A DNA stretch of 61,628 bases from Coprothermobacterota bacterium. GTDB lineage: Bacteria; Caldisericota; JANLFM01. The notes below the pieces were generated by a model. It was not told the DNA's origin, searched no databases, and saw only the letters and a program-made list of their open reading frames with translations. Location of the stretch: NCBI GenBank assembly GCA_026389425.1, contig JAPLHW010000246.1, forward strand, positions 1 to 61,628. The letters are read 5' to 3'. Positions 8,467 to 16,553 of the stretch are shown here, piece after piece. The position numbers were made by a program, and so were the translations under genes. The number at the start of each line of letters is the position of its first letter. The stretch's first letter is position 1.

Positions 8467-8907
8467 TCATCGTTTGCGCAAGCGCAAGATGAGGAATAGG
8501 CCGACGGCGATCAACACTACCGGCACAAGGATCTTCCAGAACCAGCTCCAAATGCTCCAGCCGAAGATATTACTGAAGAGAGCGAGGATGCCGGCTCCAA
8601 TGAGGATCACGGCAATGACAACTCCCACAGTGCCGGGAGTAGCACTATGATAAGTAGGGGGAGGAGCGGTTACCCCAAAAGGCGCCTCAGGGATCACCAG
8701 AGCGCAGATGATATAAGCCAGCAGGCCAGCTCCACCCAGGAAAAAGGCTGCCACCCAGATCAGGCGGACGACTACTGGATCGATACCGAAGAATTCGCCG
8801 AGCCCGCCACAGACACCAGCGATGACGCGGTTGCTACGCGAACGGTATAGCTTGCGAGGAGGTTGCGCTTCCAAGTTTAGTTTCCTTTCTTTGTCCATTT
8901 GGCACAT
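8467..8907 (-). CDS. PspC-domain membrane protein
   Basis: YRSRSNRVIAGVCGGLGEFFGIDPVVVRLIWVAAFFLGGAG plus C-terminal TM helices. Start uncertain: ATG 8907 or 8898, while the track ORF extends to 8988. Confidence 0.7.
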   Translation of the reverse strand: MCQMDKERKLNLEAQPPRKLYRSRSNRVIAGVCGGLGEFFGIDPVVVRLIWVAAFFLGGAGLLAYIICALVIPEAPFGVTAPPPTYHSATPGTVGVVIAVILIGAGILALFSNIFGWSIWSWFWKILVPVVLIAVGLFLILRLRKR

Positions 8908-9024
8908 CGTACAGCAGTGGAGAGCTCTTGCCATGTGCTGGAAGTCACGATGCGAGTCATCTTCTGCAGTGACTCCGATTTCACCCAAGCGGACCTGCTT
9001 CCGTTTCCATCGTCGCTCTCTTTG

Positions 9025-12000
9025 CTACGAGGAGATCTCCTCCGGCGGCGAGATCTGTCTCGCTTGAAGTGCTGGGCTAGACGTTAGCGTGATTGGCGAT
9101 TGAGGATTTTGCAGGATGTCCAGCAACTTCTCCACCTGGTAGCCGGAATCCTCGGCAGCCGCTCGTAACCAAGCTGCAATCGCCAGCCACTCCTTGATGT
9201 CGGCTAACCCTTCGCTTCGCTCGAGAGCAGGCATAAACGCAATTGCAGTTGCAGCTCCCTCTTCCTCCTTGCAGGGGCTTGTTTCCAGGGTTGCTACCAA
9301 AGCCGAGGCGAGCAGCCAGCGCACGGCTTCGGTGAAACCTTCCCGAGAGAACCAGAGGATTCCGTTCCAGCGATGGACCCCCAGCCACCGGCGGGCTTCC
9401 CCATCGGCAAATAGGCGATGCACGGCTTCTGTGGCTGCGAAGAGGGCGTCACGTTGGTGAGCGTGAAGTGTAAAGCGGAGGCTGAGCTCCATGCGGACGA
9501 TGGCCGACCCGAGGGCTGCGTCTTGCATCGGGAAACCAAGGTTCACCAGCGCTTCCTCCAGGCTGCCGGACAACCGCCAAGCTTCTAAACGATCCCGGCC
9601 CAGATTTGCTGCCTGCTCGACGGTAGAGAGGTTGCCCAAAGGGCGCAGCAGGGCACAAGTCAGGAGGATCGCCCCTCGTCGTGGCCATTCTTCTTGATCT
9701 GGCAACAGCTCGGCGCCTGGGAAAGCGTGCGCAAGGAGCGCTTGTATCAGGGATGGCAGAAGACGGATCTGGCGGACCTCGTGCAATACCTGCTCAATCA
9801 AGGGGGAAAGGTCGGTTTGAACCTCTGCCGCGGAAGCGACTTCAGTGAGGAATCTCTCCAACTTGCTTTCCAGATCACTGAAGATTGTTTCCTCTTCTTC
9901 TTGATGCGCCAGCAGGCGACGCACCAAATCGGCCTCAAGGAGGGAGCGCAAAGAGTACTGGAGTGGTTTCCTCAGTAGTTCAATAATCGCTTCTTCCAGA
10001 CTGGGGACGCCACGTCCTGCAAGGCTTGCAGCGAGCTCGCGGTAGGGGCGGTTCGGCGCTTCCCGTACCTGGCGGAAGTCCTGAAAAAGATGTCGTTGGT
10101 AGGCTTCCAATTCTAGAAAAAGCCATTCCTTCCAGAGCAGAGGGCAAGGAAGGATGTACTCCAAGCCTTGGGTGGCGTCACGGAAGAGGCAGTAGCCGTC
10201 AGGATCCTCATCCAAGCCAAGCCACGCGGCCAGCGAAGAAGCGCGCAGGCGGCGGCCCCCTTCCGAGTCGCGTTCCAGGAAAGGTACAGAATCACGGATC
10301 GCCCCGCGCGTGGTGGCAAAACGGTTGTGGTAGACGATCAGTACTCTCTCGCTCTCGTACCCATTGGAGTAAGCGAAGACATTCTCGTCGTTCTCCCCCC
10401 CGGGTGTCCGGAAATCATAGAGAAGAAAGTGTTCTACGCCGGCGAAGAGCGAGCGGCGGTGAAGCAAAGGAAAGATCTCTCGCTCGTGGGCGGCTACCAG
10501 CGCAGGGTCTGCCTCCTCCTGCCGCATAGGCCGCTCATACTCCATGCCATACTTCTCCTCGAAACCCTCTACCTGACCGTGGCCGAACATCGGCAGGCCG
10601 GGAAGGGTGGCAAGCAAGGTGCATGCGCCTAAGTACTTGTCACCCTTGCCGAATTGGTCGACAGCGGTTCGCTCGTCCGGGTTGCTGAGAAAGTTGACGA
10701 ACCGCCTTAGCACCTCGGGGTCAAAGGCCAAGGTCTCCTTCATCACCTGTCGATAGCCGGCATTGTCCTCGTCGCGGAGCATATGCATGAATGCGCTGTT
10801 ATACACCCGGTGCATCCCCAGGGTACGGACGAAATACCCCTCCATCAACCAAAAAGCCTCGGCCAAGAGCAAGGTGTCAGGAGCCTCGCGGCTGACCCGG
10901 TCGACGACTTCTCTCCAGAATTCAGCTGGCATCAACTGGTCGAATTGAGCTTTGGTCAAGCCATGTTCCCAGCGAGAGGGAATCCCGCCACCGCTTCCGG
11001 GTTCCGGGAACCACAGTCGCTGGAAGTGTTTACGGGCCAAGGTCATCGCCGCGTCGAAGCGAATCACAGGGAACCGTTTGGCTACCTCCAGGATGGAATG
11101 GATGACCGCCTCCCTTGTCTCGGGATTGGTGTAATCAAGTTGGGCTGTGTCGTTCCAGGGCATGTTGGTGCCATCGTTGCCATGGTAGAAGTAGCGCTGT
11201 TCACCTGTTTCCCGGTCCTTGCGGAGGAACACCACAGCAGCATCCTGGCGGCTATAGTAGTGGTCTTCCAAGCAGATCGCCGTACGTGGGTCGCCGGAGA
11301 GATCAGGGCCATTGAAGGAATAGGCAGGATAAGGGCACTCCGGTAGAGCGAGAAAATAGTCAGGGTGTTCCATCACCCAGCGGGAATCGATCCCCATGTG
11401 GTTAGGCACCATATCGCTGGCCAAGCGAATACCATAGGCCGAGGCACGTTGTCGCAGGCCGGCCAAGGCCGCCTCTCCGCCAATTCGTTGAGCGATGGTG
11501 TAGTCATAGAGGGAGTAGGCTGAAGCGGCTGCCCCCGGGTTGCCGCAGAGCCGCTTGATCTCCGCCGAGGCAGAGCTTCGCTCCCAGACACCGATCAGCC
11601 AAAGACCGGTAAATCCCCGGCGGGCAATGAGTTCCAGCTCCTCATCCGGGATCTCATCCAAGTGATGAATCAACCGTCCGTACTGGCGTGAAAGTTGCTC
11701 CAACCATACATAAGTGTTCTTGGACAGCAGAACGAGCCGGGGCATCCACTGTCGGTCTGGACTGAATGCTTCCGGTTCGCCCTGCAGAAGCGAGTAATCG
11801 GGGGGGCGTCCTGGTCCGGCGCCACCTCCCACTTCACTACCGGGCCCTCCCAAGGAAAGAGCCAAGGCTCGTTCCTCTTCAGCTAGCAGATCCAGGCCGC
11901 TGAGCAAGCGGTAGAGGGATTTCCCCAGCAGCAGACCCCAGTGGCGCCGTATGTAGTCCAACTGACCGGCCAGGGAACGGGGAGAGGCGACAGCCGGGGA

Positions 12001-12615
12001 GCGCAGCATGGTCAGCAAATCCTGCTGGTCTGGGCCGAAAGGGGGAAGGCGTGGGAAGATCGTTTGCAGGGTGGCAATGGCTTCGTCGTAGGCGGTTCCC
12101 TGGAGTTCGCTTCCCCCGAAAAGATCATGAAAGGACGCCAAGGCCGGATTGGCGTTATCCAGCCAGAGCAGGATCAGCTCTTCCAGGGCGATCCCCGGAT
12201 CTCCCTCGTCCGGCAGGTCAGTCACCGTCTGGGGTTGAGGTTGCAGCTGGGTGACAGGAAAGAACTCTTCTTTGTAGCGCTGAATAAGGAGATCGATGCT
12301 TTGTTTCCCGAGGTGATCCTTCAGGCTGTTCAAGGCGGTGAAAAAGGGATCAGGGACCACCGCTTGGCGATAAAGGCGGATAACGGCGTGCAGGGCTCCT
12401 GCCAAGAGGCCGAAGGCGTTGATCTCCCCGGCTCGCACCGATCGTTCCGGAAATAACTTGGTGTTGCGGACTTCATCGATGCGCCGAGCCAGGCTTCGAG
12501 CAGCCAAAGGAGTGTCAGCAGCGATTTTTCCAGTCGGGGTGAAGAGACCTTTCTCGAAACCGTAGCGTAACCTGGCTCGTCGGGAGATGCGGAACTCATT
12601 TCGATCGTCGCTCAT
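9025..12615 (-). CDS. large alpha-amylase-family (GH13-like) protein with long N- and C-terminal extensions
   Basis: 1196 aa. GH13-like regions DMVPNHMG, VIRFDAAMTLARKH, LLLAEAFW, FLSNPDE in the central third. Flanking ~300 aa and ~450 aa not recognised. Confidence 0.75.
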   Translation of the reverse strand: MSDDRNEFRISRRARLRYGFEKGLFTPTGKIAADTPLAARSLARRIDEVRNTKLFPERSVRAGEINAFGLLAGALHAVIRLYRQAVVPDPFFTALNSLKDHLGKQSIDLLIQRYKEEFFPVTQLQPQPQTVTDLPDEGDPGIALEELILLWLDNANPALASFHDLFGGSELQGTAYDEAIATLQTIFPRLPPFGPDQQDLLTMLRSPAVASPRSLAGQLDYIRRHWGLLLGKSLYRLLSGLDLLAEEERALALSLGGPGSEVGGGAGPGRPPDYSLLQGEPEAFSPDRQWMPRLVLLSKNTYVWLEQLSRQYGRLIHHLDEIPDEELELIARRGFTGLWLIGVWERSSASAEIKRLCGNPGAAASAYSLYDYTIAQRIGGEAALAGLRQRASAYGIRLASDMVPNHMGIDSRWVMEHPDYFLALPECPYPAYSFNGPDLSGDPRTAICLEDHYYSRQDAAVVFLRKDRETGEQRYFYHGNDGTNMPWNDTAQLDYTNPETREAVIHSILEVAKRFPVIRFDAAMTLARKHFQRLWFPEPGSGGGIPSRWEHGLTKAQFDQLMPAEFWREVVDRVSREAPDTLLLAEAFWLMEGYFVRTLGMHRVYNSAFMHMLRDEDNAGYRQVMKETLAFDPEVLRRFVNFLSNPDERTAVDQFGKGDKYLGACTLLATLPGLPMFGHGQVEGFEEKYGMEYERPMRQEEADPALVAAHEREIFPLLHRRSLFAGVEHFLLYDFRTPGGENDENVFAYSNGYESERVLIVYHNRFATTRGAIRDSVPFLERDSEGGRRLRASSLAAWLGLDEDPDGYCLFRDATQGLEYILPCPLLWKEWLFLELEAYQRHLFQDFRQVREAPNRPYRELAASLAGRGVPSLEEAIIELLRKPLQYSLRSLLEADLVRRLLAHQEEEETIFSDLESKLERFLTEVASAAEVQTDLSPLIEQVLHEVRQIRLLPSLIQALLAHAFPGAELLPDQEEWPRRGAILLTCALLRPLGNLSTVEQAANLGRDRLEAWRLSGSLEEALVNLGFPMQDAALGSAIVRMELSLRFTLHAHQRDALFAATEAVHRLFADGEARRWLGVHRWNGILWFSREGFTEAVRWLLASALVATLETSPCKEEEGAATAIAFMPALERSEGLADIKEWLAIAAWLRAAAEDSGYQVEKLLDILQNPQSPITLTSSPALQARQISPPEEISS
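9208..9232 (-). repeat. repeat family C copy (minus-strand reading GCCTGCTCTCGAGCGAAGCGAAGGG)
   Basis: Matches the family C consensus CCTGCCCTCGAGCGAAGCGAAGGGCC with 1-2 mismatches. Lies inside the GH13-like ORF and is translated as PALERSEGL. Confidence 0.55.
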
Positions 12616-12764
12616 CTTGAACCTCGTTTTCAGTTTGTTTGAGTCGGTGATTTGATTGTACCCGCAACAGAGGGACTGTGCCGTTGACCGTTTCCCATTT
12701 CGAGAGGGCCGGTGAAGCTATTTTGGGCGGATTTCTGCAAGATAGCGAAGAGAATGGAAAACCT

Positions 12765-12789
12765 CCCTCAGGATTCTCCTCGTTGAGGG
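12765..12789 (-). terminator. hairpin downstream of tRNA-Leu (possible terminator)
   Basis: Minus strand CCCTCA-13 nt-TGAGGG followed by AGGTTTTCC. Short stem and short T run. Confidence 0.3.
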
Positions 12790-12824
12790 GGGTGAAAAGG
12801 GGTCTACGATAGGCTAGTATTGGA

Positions 12825-12912
12825 TGGTGCCGAAGGTGGGAGTCGAACCCACATGAGGGATTGCCTCGCGGGTTTTTGCGACCCGTGCGTCTGCCAGTTC
12901 CGCCACTTCGGC
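12825..12912 (-). tRNA. tRNA-Leu, anticodon CAA, class II with long variable arm and encoded CCA
   Basis: Minus strand GCCGAAGTGGCGGAACTGGCAGACGCACGGGTCGCAAAAACCCGCGAGGCAATCCCTCATGTGGGTTCGACTCCCACCTTCGGCACCA. Acceptor 7 bp, T-arm GTGGG-TTCGACT-CCCAC, anticodon stem CGGGT/ACCCG, loop CGCAAAA. Confidence 0.85.
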
Positions 12913-12921
12913 GAGAGCTTC

Positions 12922-12949
12922 AGTATATCTATGAGCGAGAACATGTCAA
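12922..12949 (-). promoter_or_regulatory. sigma70-type promoter for tRNA-Leu
   Basis: Minus strand TTGACA (12949-12944), 16-nt spacer, TATACT (12927-12922). Nine nt separate the -10 from the mature tRNA 5' end. Confidence 0.55.
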
Positions 12950-13548
12950 GCGAGTTCCAGACTGAGACAAAAAGGACCGAAGCGCTCTTGCGCAGGGCTT
13001 TTGCAGGAGAGCAGGAAGCCATTGGCCAGCTTTTGGAAGGGCAAATGGAATTCCTCTACGGTGTCTGTTATCGTTTGCTGCTTCACCGAGATGATGCCGA
13101 AGAAGCGGTTGCCGAGACACTGTACCGAGCCTACCATCGGTTCGCATCCTTCCGTGGAGATTCCCAGTTCACAACATGGCTCTACCGCATCGCCACCAAT
13201 GTCTGCTTGGACTTGCTGCGGCGCCAGCGCTCCACCCAACCGTTGGAGACGGAGGATGGATCGCCGGCACTACAACTCCCCTCTTCTCTCCCCAGCGCGC
13301 TCCACCAGATCGAGAAGGAAGAGGAACGGGGGGCTTTGCAGGCGCTTCTCGAACGCCTTCCTCCCGTCTCTCGTCTGGTCCTCACCCTACGCGAGCTGCA
13401 GGAACTTCCCTACGAGCGAATCGCTGAGGTGATGAGATGCAGCGAAGGCACCATTAAATCACGGCTGCATCGGGCCAAAAAGCAGGCACAGCAGGTGTTA
13501 GCCAAAGACCAGGAACTGCGAGCCTTGCTGTCCCGTCAAAGCAAGTAA
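12931..13548 (+). CDS. ECF (group 4) sigma-70 family RNA polymerase sigma factor
   Basis: Region 2 FTTWLYRIATNVCLDLLRR and region 4 LPYERIAEVMRCSEGTIKSRLHRAKK. The track ORF starts at 12820, but that part is antisense to the tRNA. ATG 12931 or 12943 is preferred. Confidence 0.8.
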   Translation: MSENMSSEFQTETKRTEALLRRAFAGEQEAIGQLLEGQMEFLYGVCYRLLLHRDDAEEAVAETLYRAYHRFASFRGDSQFTTWLYRIATNVCLDLLRRQRSTQPLETEDGSPALQLPSSLPSALHQIEKEEERGALQALLERLPPVSRLVLTLRELQELPYERIAEVMRCSEGTIKSRLHRAKKQAQQVLAKDQELRALLSRQSK

Positions 13549-13549
13549 C

Positions 13550-14866
13550 GTGACGAAGATGCCAGTTGACAAGAGCCGAACCCATAGAAGTGAAGGAGCA
13601 CCTCAACCGAAGCGATCCTCTCCTCTTGAGATGGAAGCGCTCTGGAGCAACCTACGCAGTGTCTACCAGGAGGCAGGCGAAGGTGCTGCGTTCTCCCCCT
13701 TGACCTCCGGCCGTATCCACCGGCGGACCATGGTCTTGAACGGTCAGCACTCGCGAAGAACCCGTCATTCCTGGAACTTGGCCTTCTCCTTGGCTGCAAC
13801 TTTCTTCCTTCTGCTCCTGGTTATACCCCTGGTTCCCTCTTTACCTGGAGCCGGAGAGGCTGAACGCAGTGGAATGCGAGATTTTGCTCCTTCCTATGAT
13901 GCAACCGGTACAGGAACTGAAAATTCACTTCCTCTAGAAGCATCCCTCGTGCCCAAGGTCACCCCGATCCCCGAGCCGGCTACCGAAGCGTTCGGAACCT
14001 TGATGGGGATGGATGGCGAGGGGGTCCAGTATCGTTCCGTGACGCTGGCCTGGGCTACCCCCGAGCAGATTGAAGGACTCCTTCCCTCATTCCCCGAAGC
14101 CCAACAAAACGCCGATGGCACCCTCTTGCTGGCCCAGATGGGTCAGGATCTGGGGGTCATTCTCCCTGCGCTTTTCCGTGTCATCGTTTTAAGAGAAGCG
14201 ATCCAAGGGACAGAAGGGATGCCGATCGGCTCGGACTTGCTCCTGCTCGCGCCCAGTTCATTATCTACCCCCGGGCAGGTAAGCTGGCTGGCGTTGGCGT
14301 GGCGGGCGTTCCTAGCGCTGGTGTGGCCTTGGGGGCTGATCTTGGTGCTGGCTGCCCTGGTTTCTCTACCCTTCTACTTCCGCTGGCGTCGCCTCTGGTG
14401 GGCAGGTGTTTTTTTTGCCCTTCTCCTCCTGTCTTTGATCTGGCCCCTTCTTTCCCCCATCGCGGACGGCGACCGCCTGTTGTTGGAGAGCACTGATCAT
14501 GTTTCCTCATCCCTGCTGTCATGGCCTATGCCAACGGCTTCGGAAGCCACATTAACCATCCTCAGCGCAGCTGGGAGCCCTCCCAGTGGCTCCCCCTTCA
14601 CCTTGCCGCTCAGTGCACCAGGCGAAGACTTTCCCCTGTTGTTGGAGAGCTACGGCTTGCGCGTGGAGGGCAGTGAAGTGCCGGCCAAAACGGTACAATG
14701 GATCTCCTTACCAGCCAGCCAACTTTTTCCCCTTCAACTTACCCTTCTTGGTTTGCGAGTTTTATTTCTCCTTCTTCCATTATCCCTCTTCGGCTGGTTG
14801 ACTTTCTCGCGGGGGTTGCACACACCGATGCTGAAAAGCGAGGATAGCCTGCCAAATCTCCTGTAA
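13550..14866 (+). CDS. membrane protein, possible anti-sigma partner of the ECF sigma
   Basis: Starts 1 nt after the sigma stop (GTG 13550 or ATG 13559). Several TM segments. No zf-HC2 (HxxxCxxC) motif seen. Confidence 0.45.
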   Translation: MTKMPVDKSRTHRSEGAPQPKRSSPLEMEALWSNLRSVYQEAGEGAAFSPLTSGRIHRRTMVLNGQHSRRTRHSWNLAFSLAATFFLLLLVIPLVPSLPGAGEAERSGMRDFAPSYDATGTGTENSLPLEASLVPKVTPIPEPATEAFGTLMGMDGEGVQYRSVTLAWATPEQIEGLLPSFPEAQQNADGTLLLAQMGQDLGVILPALFRVIVLREAIQGTEGMPIGSDLLLLAPSSLSTPGQVSWLALAWRAFLALVWPWGLILVLAALVSLPFYFRWRRLWWAGVFFALLLLSLIWPLLSPIADGDRLLLESTDHVSSSLLSWPMPTASEATLTILSAAGSPPSGSPFTLPLSAPGEDFPLLLESYGLRVEGSEVPAKTVQWISLPASQLFPLQLTLLGLRVLFLLLPLSLFGWLTFSRGLHTPMLKSEDSLPNLL

Positions 14867-15544
14867 GTCGAAGTCCGGCCAAAGAGTGGGGGTGATATGG
14901 TAGTAGGCATCTTCGATCTGCCAAAGGAGAAAGTTGCTGACGCGCTGCTCTCCCGAGGTTCGGATCAGCAGGTCAGGGAAGGAGAGGTTGGGGGCATAGA
15001 GGAAACGACGAAAGTCCTCCTGGTCGAGATGGAAAGAGTTCGTGCCTTTCTCTCGGGCAACCAAAGCAGCGTTGGCGGAATCCACCATCTCCGCCTTAGC
15101 ACCGTAGTTGATGGCCAGGTTGAGGACCATACCGGTGCACTCAGCGGTCTTTTGGAGGGCGAAGTCGATGGCCTGGTGGATACGGGAAGGCATCTGCGCA
15201 ATGCGGCCGCTCAAACGTAACTGGACGTTGTTCTCGACCAACTCCCAGGCAATGTCGTAAAGGTATTCCTCCAACAAGGCAATCAGTGTCTGCACTTCTT
15301 CCATGGGACGATTCCAGTTCTCGGTGGAAAAACCGAAGAGGGTGAGAGCTTGAATCCCTAGGGCATGGCAATTTCGGGTGCAGCGCTTGGCCGTCTCCCC
15401 CCCGGCTCGGTGCCCTTGAGGTCTAGTGAGTCCACGATGCAACGCCCAACGTCCGTTCCCATCCAAGAGGATGGCAATGTGGTGGGGGAGGCGCAATCCC
15501 CCTTGTTCAATGCTATTTCTTACTTCCCCGACTGATAAGGTCAA
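14780..15544 (-). CDS. uppS: isoprenyl transferase (undecaprenyl-diphosphate synthase)
   Basis: HIAILLDGNGRWA, IRTSGEQRVSNFLLWQ. TTG start at 15544. Confidence 0.9.
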   Translation of the reverse strand: MTLSVGEVRNSIEQGGLRLPHHIAILLDGNGRWALHRGLTRPQGHRAGGETAKRCTRNCHALGIQALTLFGFSTENWNRPMEEVQTLIALLEEYLYDIAWELVENNVQLRLSGRIAQMPSRIHQAIDFALQKTAECTGMVLNLAINYGAKAEMVDSANAALVAREKGTNSFHLDQEDFRRFLYAPNLSFPDLLIRTSGEQRVSNFLLWQIEDAYYHITPTLWPDFDLQEIWQAILAFQHRCVQPPRESQPAEEG

Positions 15545-16550
15545 TTTTCCATGCTCCCCAGAATAGGATCACGATAAGAGCGACCCAGATCAACAAAGCC
15601 ACCAAAGCATCCACCTGAACCATGAAGAAAGCCACAATGCCCAGGGCGATACTGATCGCATACAACAGCAAGACTACGGTACGGTGCGAAATGCCGCGAT
15701 GTAATAATTGGTCGTGGATATGCTCTCGATCCGCTGTGAGGATGTCCTTTCCTCGGATCCGTCGGCGTAGGACAGCGAAGAGGGTATTGATAAGCGGTAG
15801 ACCGACCGAAAGGATCGGGATGCTGATAGCTACGAGAAAAGAGCGCTTCAGCAATCCTTCGACCGAAATACAGGAGAGGACGAAGCCGAGGAACATAATC
15901 CCCGCTTCCCCCATGAAGATCTTTGCTGGGTGGAAATTGTACGGTAGAAAACCAAGACAGGCGCCGGCCAAGGCCAGCATAGCGAGCACCGAAGTGGGGG
16001 ATCCGTAGTTCAGCAAGCCAGTCTGCCAAGCCACCGCCGCCAGGGTCAGCGCGGAGATGGCGCAGATCCCCGCCGCCAACCCATCCAACCCGTCCATCAC
16101 CTTGATCGAGGAGGTGAGGCCGGCGATCCACAGGACGGTAACCGGAACCGCTGCCGCAGTTAGGAGGAGCATGTCGCTGCCGAATGGGTTGGAGAAGAAC
16201 TGAATGCGTACCCCAAATGCCACGGCTACACTGGCGGCGACGAGGATACCCAGTAGTTGAAGGCGAGAAGAGATCTTCCAGCGGTCATCGATCAAACCCA
16301 AGATGAGTAAAAAAACAGCACCCACAAGGATTCCGACCCCTTCCCTGGAGAGGTTGTCGGTGATCAGGATCGGGATACTGAAACCGAGAAAGATGGCGAG
16401 CCCCCCAAGAAGGGGCACTGGAGCGCGGTTTACAGAGGAGGCGGTGGGGGTGTATTGAATGTTCAACCGTAGCGCAACCCAACGAAAGACAGGAGTCAAG
16501 AGGAGCGTTACCAGAAACGAAACTGGCAATGCCCAGAGAAGACCGCTCAT
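15513..16550 (-). CDS. MraY/WecA-family polyprenyl-phosphate N-acetylhexosamine-1-phosphate transferase
   Basis: 345 aa, about 10 TM segments, VMDGLDGLAAG motif. Confidence 0.85.
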   Translation of the reverse strand: MSGLLWALPVSFLVTLLLTPVFRWVALRLNIQYTPTASSVNRAPVPLLGGLAIFLGFSIPILITDNLSREGVGILVGAVFLLILGLIDDRWKISSRLQLLGILVAASVAVAFGVRIQFFSNPFGSDMLLLTAAAVPVTVLWIAGLTSSIKVMDGLDGLAAGICAISALTLAAVAWQTGLLNYGSPTSVLAMLALAGACLGFLPYNFHPAKIFMGEAGIMFLGFVLSCISVEGLLKRSFLVAISIPILSVGLPLINTLFAVLRRRIRGKDILTADREHIHDQLLHRGISHRTVVLLLYAISIALGIVAFFMVQVDALVALLIWVALIVILFWGAWKIDLISRGSKK

Positions 16551-16553
16551 CGA

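Noticed and set aside
9029-9042. A 14-bp perfect palindrome GAGGAGATCTCCTC at the 3' end of the GH13-like gene
   Set aside because: It has no loop and no T run, it lies inside the last codons (PEEISS), and there is no second copy in the window. Probably coincidental.
12820-12930. The 5' part of track ORF 12820-13548, which would extend the ECF sigma factor by 37 aa
   Set aside because: This segment is the reverse complement of a well-formed tRNA-Leu and its promoter. The sigma-70 family homology begins only after ATG 12931/12943.
14780-14866. An 87-nt convergent overlap between the membrane-protein ORF (ends 14866) and uppS (ends 14780), as a possible antisense regulatory arrangement or frameshift
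   Set aside because: Both C-termini are non-conserved tails in a GC-rich region where stops are rare. The overlap is most simply explained by late stop codons, and nothing else supports regulation.
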